From Spirochaetia bacterium (lineage in GTDB: Bacteria; Spirochaetota; Spirochaetia; SP-2023): a stretch of 64,000 nt of DNA. The notes beneath the pieces were generated by a model. That model was given only the letters and a program-made list of their open reading frames with translations. It did not search any database and was not told the DNA's origin. Each line of letters opens with the position of its first letter. The stretch's first letter is position 1. The translations under genes and the position numbers were made by a program. Below, piece by piece: positions 60,560 to 64,000 of the stretch. Location: NCBI GenBank assembly GCA_965225855.1, contig CBDDCK010000005.1, forward strand, positions 1,696,001 through 1,760,000, given 5' to 3'.

Positions 60560-62518
60560 ATGCCAAACCCTGAAATGGCTCTACTTGTGTTGCGCAAAAA
60601 AATGCAAGAAAAATACTTAGACTACTATTTAGTCGGTAGCTCTGACCCGCATAATAACGAGTATGTTCCAGCTCATTGGCAGTATTTGTTTGAAGTTTCT
60701 GGCTTTAGTGGTAGTCTTGGCTATTTATTAGTGAGCCATAATTTTGCCGGACTGTGGGTCGATTCTCGTTACCATGTTCAAGCTGACCGTGAATGCTCTA
60801 CCCAAATCGAAATATTTCGCATAGGTCAATGCAATGTTCCTTTACTTCATGAATACTGGCAACAACTTTTAGATAATTCGGAGAAACCTTTGCAGCTGGG
60901 TTTTGATGGTTCATGTTTTTCTTATGGCAGCTTGAAGAAATTACTTTCGGTAACGTCTTCTGCTAATGGCTTAGCTGATGGCAAACGTTTACTTATAGAT
61001 GAACTTTGGTCTGAAAATACAGAGCAAACAGAAACACCATTTTTGTTAGAATGTTTTCGACCACCGCTGCCTAAAACTTTTGTATATTCTTACAAAATAG
61101 AATATTGTGGTCAAAATCGTTTAGAAAAGATAAAACAAGTGCGCCAATCGATGTATAAGTTTGGCTATGATTATTACCCCATCATGATGTTAGATAATAT
61201 TGCTTGGTTGCTGAATGTACGCGCAAGTGATATTGATTATAGCCCATTGCCGATTAGTTACTTGCTCTTAGGGCAAAATAGCTTATGCTGGTATATTGAA
61301 ACCGATCGCATCTGCTCTGATTTAGCCCATGAGCTTAGTGGTGAGCTAAAGATAAAGCCCTATAGTCAATTTTATGAAGATTGCCGAATTTTGGCAGCAT
61401 TGCCTGCTACTCGCTTTTTATTGAGTGAACACTGTAATATGCAGCTGTTAGATATTTTGCTTTTTAATAGGCAAGTTGCAGCATGTACAGAAAACCCAAG
61501 AGCGCAAAAAGCACAACAGAATAATTGGGCTCGCGATATCATCAACGATATGAAAACGATTAAAAATCCAACAGAACAAGAACAGTTACGAAAAATTATG
61601 TCTCTTGATGGTGCTGCGATGGTAGCTTTTCATACATGGTTACGGCCACAAAATGCGCTATGCCAAGGAACGGTTGAAGGTTCAGAAATAAATGATCAAG
61701 CGATACTAAACGAATATAAATTAGGGCAAAAAATAACACAATGTCGCAAGCAAATTGCGGGTGAATACGGACGCGGTGAAAGTTTTGAGCCCATAGTGGG
61801 TGTTGCTGATAATAGTGCATTGCCCCATTACAGTGCTGGTGCTGAAACCAGTCGTTCCTTACAAAAAGATGGGCAAAACAGTTGGATATTGCTCGATAGT
61901 GGTGGCCAATATCTGGGTGGTACCACCGATATGACCCGTTGTTTCGCGTTGAGTTTTGCTGCTCCGCGTTTGCGCCCTGATAGCCCTGATTTGCGCTTTC
62001 TTTATACCTTGGTTTTACGTGGTCATTTGCAGCTACAAAATGCCCACTTTCCTGCAGGCACTGTGGGGGCCCAGCTCGACACTTTAGCTCGCAACCCACT
62101 GTGGTCGGAAAGCCTAAATTATCATCATGGGACAGGACATGGGGTCGGCAATTTCCTAAATGTTCACGAATGGCCTGTTTCCATTAGCCCCCTTGCCTTG
62201 AATGAACCCCTTAAAGCAGGAATGTTACTTTCCAACGAACCCGGTTTTTATCTGGAGGGCCATTTTGGCATTCGTATTGAAAATTTGTTGTTGGTACAAG
62301 AAGATCGAGCAAAAGCCAATTGGCTGTATTTTGAACCGATAAGTATGTTCCCATATGAGCGCGAATTGATATGTATAGAAGAACTTAGTAAGCAAGAAAC
62401 GCAATGGATTGACGATTACCATGCTTTGTGTTTAAAACGAATTCTTTCTTGTCATAAGCTGAATGCCGAGCAAGAGGCCTGGCTGCGCTGGCGTTGTGCA
62501 CCGCTTAAAACATTTTGA
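60560..62518 (+). CDS. Aminopeptidase P (M24B)
   Basis: DPHNNEY, DSGGQY..GTTDMTR, HGTGHGVG..LNVHE, SNEPGFY and GIRIEN. Confidence 0.95.
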   Translation: MPNPEMALLVLRKKMQEKYLDYYLVGSSDPHNNEYVPAHWQYLFEVSGFSGSLGYLLVSHNFAGLWVDSRYHVQADRECSTQIEIFRIGQCNVPLLHEYWQQLLDNSEKPLQLGFDGSCFSYGSLKKLLSVTSSANGLADGKRLLIDELWSENTEQTETPFLLECFRPPLPKTFVYSYKIEYCGQNRLEKIKQVRQSMYKFGYDYYPIMMLDNIAWLLNVRASDIDYSPLPISYLLLGQNSLCWYIETDRICSDLAHELSGELKIKPYSQFYEDCRILAALPATRFLLSEHCNMQLLDILLFNRQVAACTENPRAQKAQQNNWARDIINDMKTIKNPTEQEQLRKIMSLDGAAMVAFHTWLRPQNALCQGTVEGSEINDQAILNEYKLGQKITQCRKQIAGEYGRGESFEPIVGVADNSALPHYSAGAETSRSLQKDGQNSWILLDSGGQYLGGTTDMTRCFALSFAAPRLRPDSPDLRFLYTLVLRGHLQLQNAHFPAGTVGAQLDTLARNPLWSESLNYHHGTGHGVGNFLNVHEWPVSISPLALNEPLKAGMLLSNEPGFYLEGHFGIRIENLLLVQEDRAKANWLYFEPISMFPYERELICIEELSKQETQWIDDYHALCLKRILSCHKLNAEQEAWLRWRCAPLKTF

Positions 62519-62593
62519 TTATAACTTATTTGACATGCTTATAATTACATTTAGTTTACTTGGCAATTTCTTGTCAATTTAGGGGATTTTGCT

Positions 62594-63250
62594 GTGATTT
62601 TTCAGTTACCAGCTTCGCAAATAATTGCTTTGGTTTTAACTTTGTTGTTGAGTTTAAGTTTACATGAATGGGCCCATGCCGGTGCTGCCTACTTGATGGG
62701 CGATGATACAGCCAAGAAGCAGGGCCGATTAAGCCTAAACCCTCTCAATCATATTGATTTATTTGGCTTTATGGCCATTTTGTTCGTTGGTTTTGGCTGG
62801 GCTAAGCCGGTTCAAATAGATGTGCGCAATTTTAGGCATCCTGTTCGCGGTGAAATCTTTGTGGCAATGGCTGGGCCTTTTAGCAATTTATTGCTAGCAA
62901 GTTTATTACTAGCTGGCTATTTGCGCGATTGGTTTCCCTATTCAGTATCTATTATGGGTTTTTTTCGTATCCCTGTTGTTTCGATGTTGCATTTGGTGAT
63001 ACAGCTCAATTTGGTATTGTTTGTATTTAACATGTTGCCGATTCCACCGCTGGACGGTTCTCACCTAGTTACAGCAATGATACCTAAGCATTTGGAACAA
63101 ACTCGGCGTAGTTTTCAGTATTATGGCCAAATATCTTTGCTAGTTATTCTTTTGTTGGGTGCGGTTTTTAACTACCGTTTTTTGCCGATTTCTGCTTTGA
63201 CGGAAAAATTGATCGATTTGTTAGTGCCTTTTTTAACACCTAGAGCTTAA
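62594..63250 (+). CDS. Site-2 protease (M50)
   Basis: HEWAH, AGPFSN and NMLPIPPLDG. Confidence 0.93.
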   Translation: MIFQLPASQIIALVLTLLLSLSLHEWAHAGAAYLMGDDTAKKQGRLSLNPLNHIDLFGFMAILFVGFGWAKPVQIDVRNFRHPVRGEIFVAMAGPFSNLLLASLLLAGYLRDWFPYSVSIMGFFRIPVVSMLHLVIQLNLVLFVFNMLPIPPLDGSHLVTAMIPKHLEQTRRSFQYYGQISLLVILLLGAVFNYRFLPISALTEKLIDLLVPFLTPRA

Positions 63251-63321
63251 GATTGGCTGCCTTATTTTGAACTTGGATAAAATGTGTTTTGTTTTTATAG
63301 AAAACAGTGAGAGGGGATGCT

Positions 63322-64000
63322 ATGCAGATTTTTTCTATTGGTAACGTTTTACTGCAGTTTTTTGTTGTTTTGAATTTTCTTGCTTCGCTTGAAGCTTTAG
63401 AAGATGAGGTTTTAGCAGAAGAAGTTGAGCCTTTGGTTGTGGGTAAAGAAGGGCTAAACTATCATTACAAGAATTTGTTTCGCCGAACCCATGATTATTA
63501 TGAAAATTTTGTTATTGAAGGTCAGCAAGTGCGTATCCAAGAAAAAAGAGTAGATACTCCTAATCAGCTTCAGTTTATGCCAGAATTTAGCCAGAAGGAA
63601 GCTTTGCTTTCGGATTTTCGCAATTATGCGGCCAATGATTTTGTAGAGCTGTTGTTTAAAATGGAGGATTTCCCGCGATATGCAGATACTTTGTATATTC
63701 TAAATCGTCTGCTGCAAATGGAAACGATGACTGGTATTGAATATTTTTCGACTCGGCAGCAAGAGATGACAACTTATATAACCTCTAGCTATATTGTCGA
63801 TGAGGCTGGTAGTAAAAAGAAATTAATTGCACCACAATTTAAAGGCCTGCCTTTAGAGCCAATACGCTTGGTTATTCGTATGGACGATAATCGCTTTACG
63901 GCTACTTGGTATGCAGTGGTTATCCGTGTGGGAAAAGATGGGTCGCTGCGCATGACTATGGATAATATTACGCCAATGTATGTGCGCTTTATTTTTTATT
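63322..64000 (+). CDS. Spirochaete DUF6675-like protein, truncated by the window end
   Basis: Open frame from ATG 63322 (GAGGGG RBS): MQIFSIG...METMTGIEYFSTRQ...SSYIVD...DDNRF. Confidence 0.6.
   Translation, partial: MQIFSIGNVLLQFFVVLNFLASLEALEDEVLAEEVEPLVVGKEGLNYHYKNLFRRTHDYYENFVIEGQQVRIQEKRVDTPNQLQFMPEFSQKEALLSDFRNYAANDFVELLFKMEDFPRYADTLYILNRLLQMETMTGIEYFSTRQQEMTTYITSSYIVDEAGSKKKLIAPQFKGLPLEPIRLVIRMDDNRFTATWYAVVIRVGKDGSLRMTMDNITPMYVRFIFY

Overview
AT-rich bacterial chromosomal segment, most likely from a spirochaete (Spirochaetota), inferred from an L34 ending in SDEKKPY, spirochaete-type lipoproteins and a DUF6675-like gene. Positions 1-10 kb hold a decayed, rearranged type I restriction-modification island. 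hsdM, hsdS and hsdR are all broken, while the cargo looks intact: a NucS-like nuclease, a RelE/ParD-like TA pair, a HEPN/MNT TA pair, an NYN nuclease with a candidate antisense sRNA, and an unknown gene. The island is stitched together by duplicated hsd gene tails, a 433-bp direct repeat and arrays of 23/24-bp palindromic units. The rest is housekeeping and metabolic DNA (trpF, tsaC, GH2 beta-galactosidase, grpE-dnaK-dnaJ, jag-yidC-yidD-rnpA-rpmH, purA, aspartate kinase, argB, thuA, lepB, pspA, aminopeptidase P). It is interrupted five times by a dispersed family of modular surface lipoproteins (3 full-length, 2 degenerate). These share a conserved promoter/leader with a poly-C spacer and a palindrome, reused flanking repeats, variable numbers of two ~120-aa domain types, and hypervariable, almost purely non-synonymous loops. 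This family is a candidate surface-variation system. No rRNA, tRNA, CRISPR array, transposase, integrase or reverse transcriptase was recognised. All family assignments are by motif recognition only; no searches were run.
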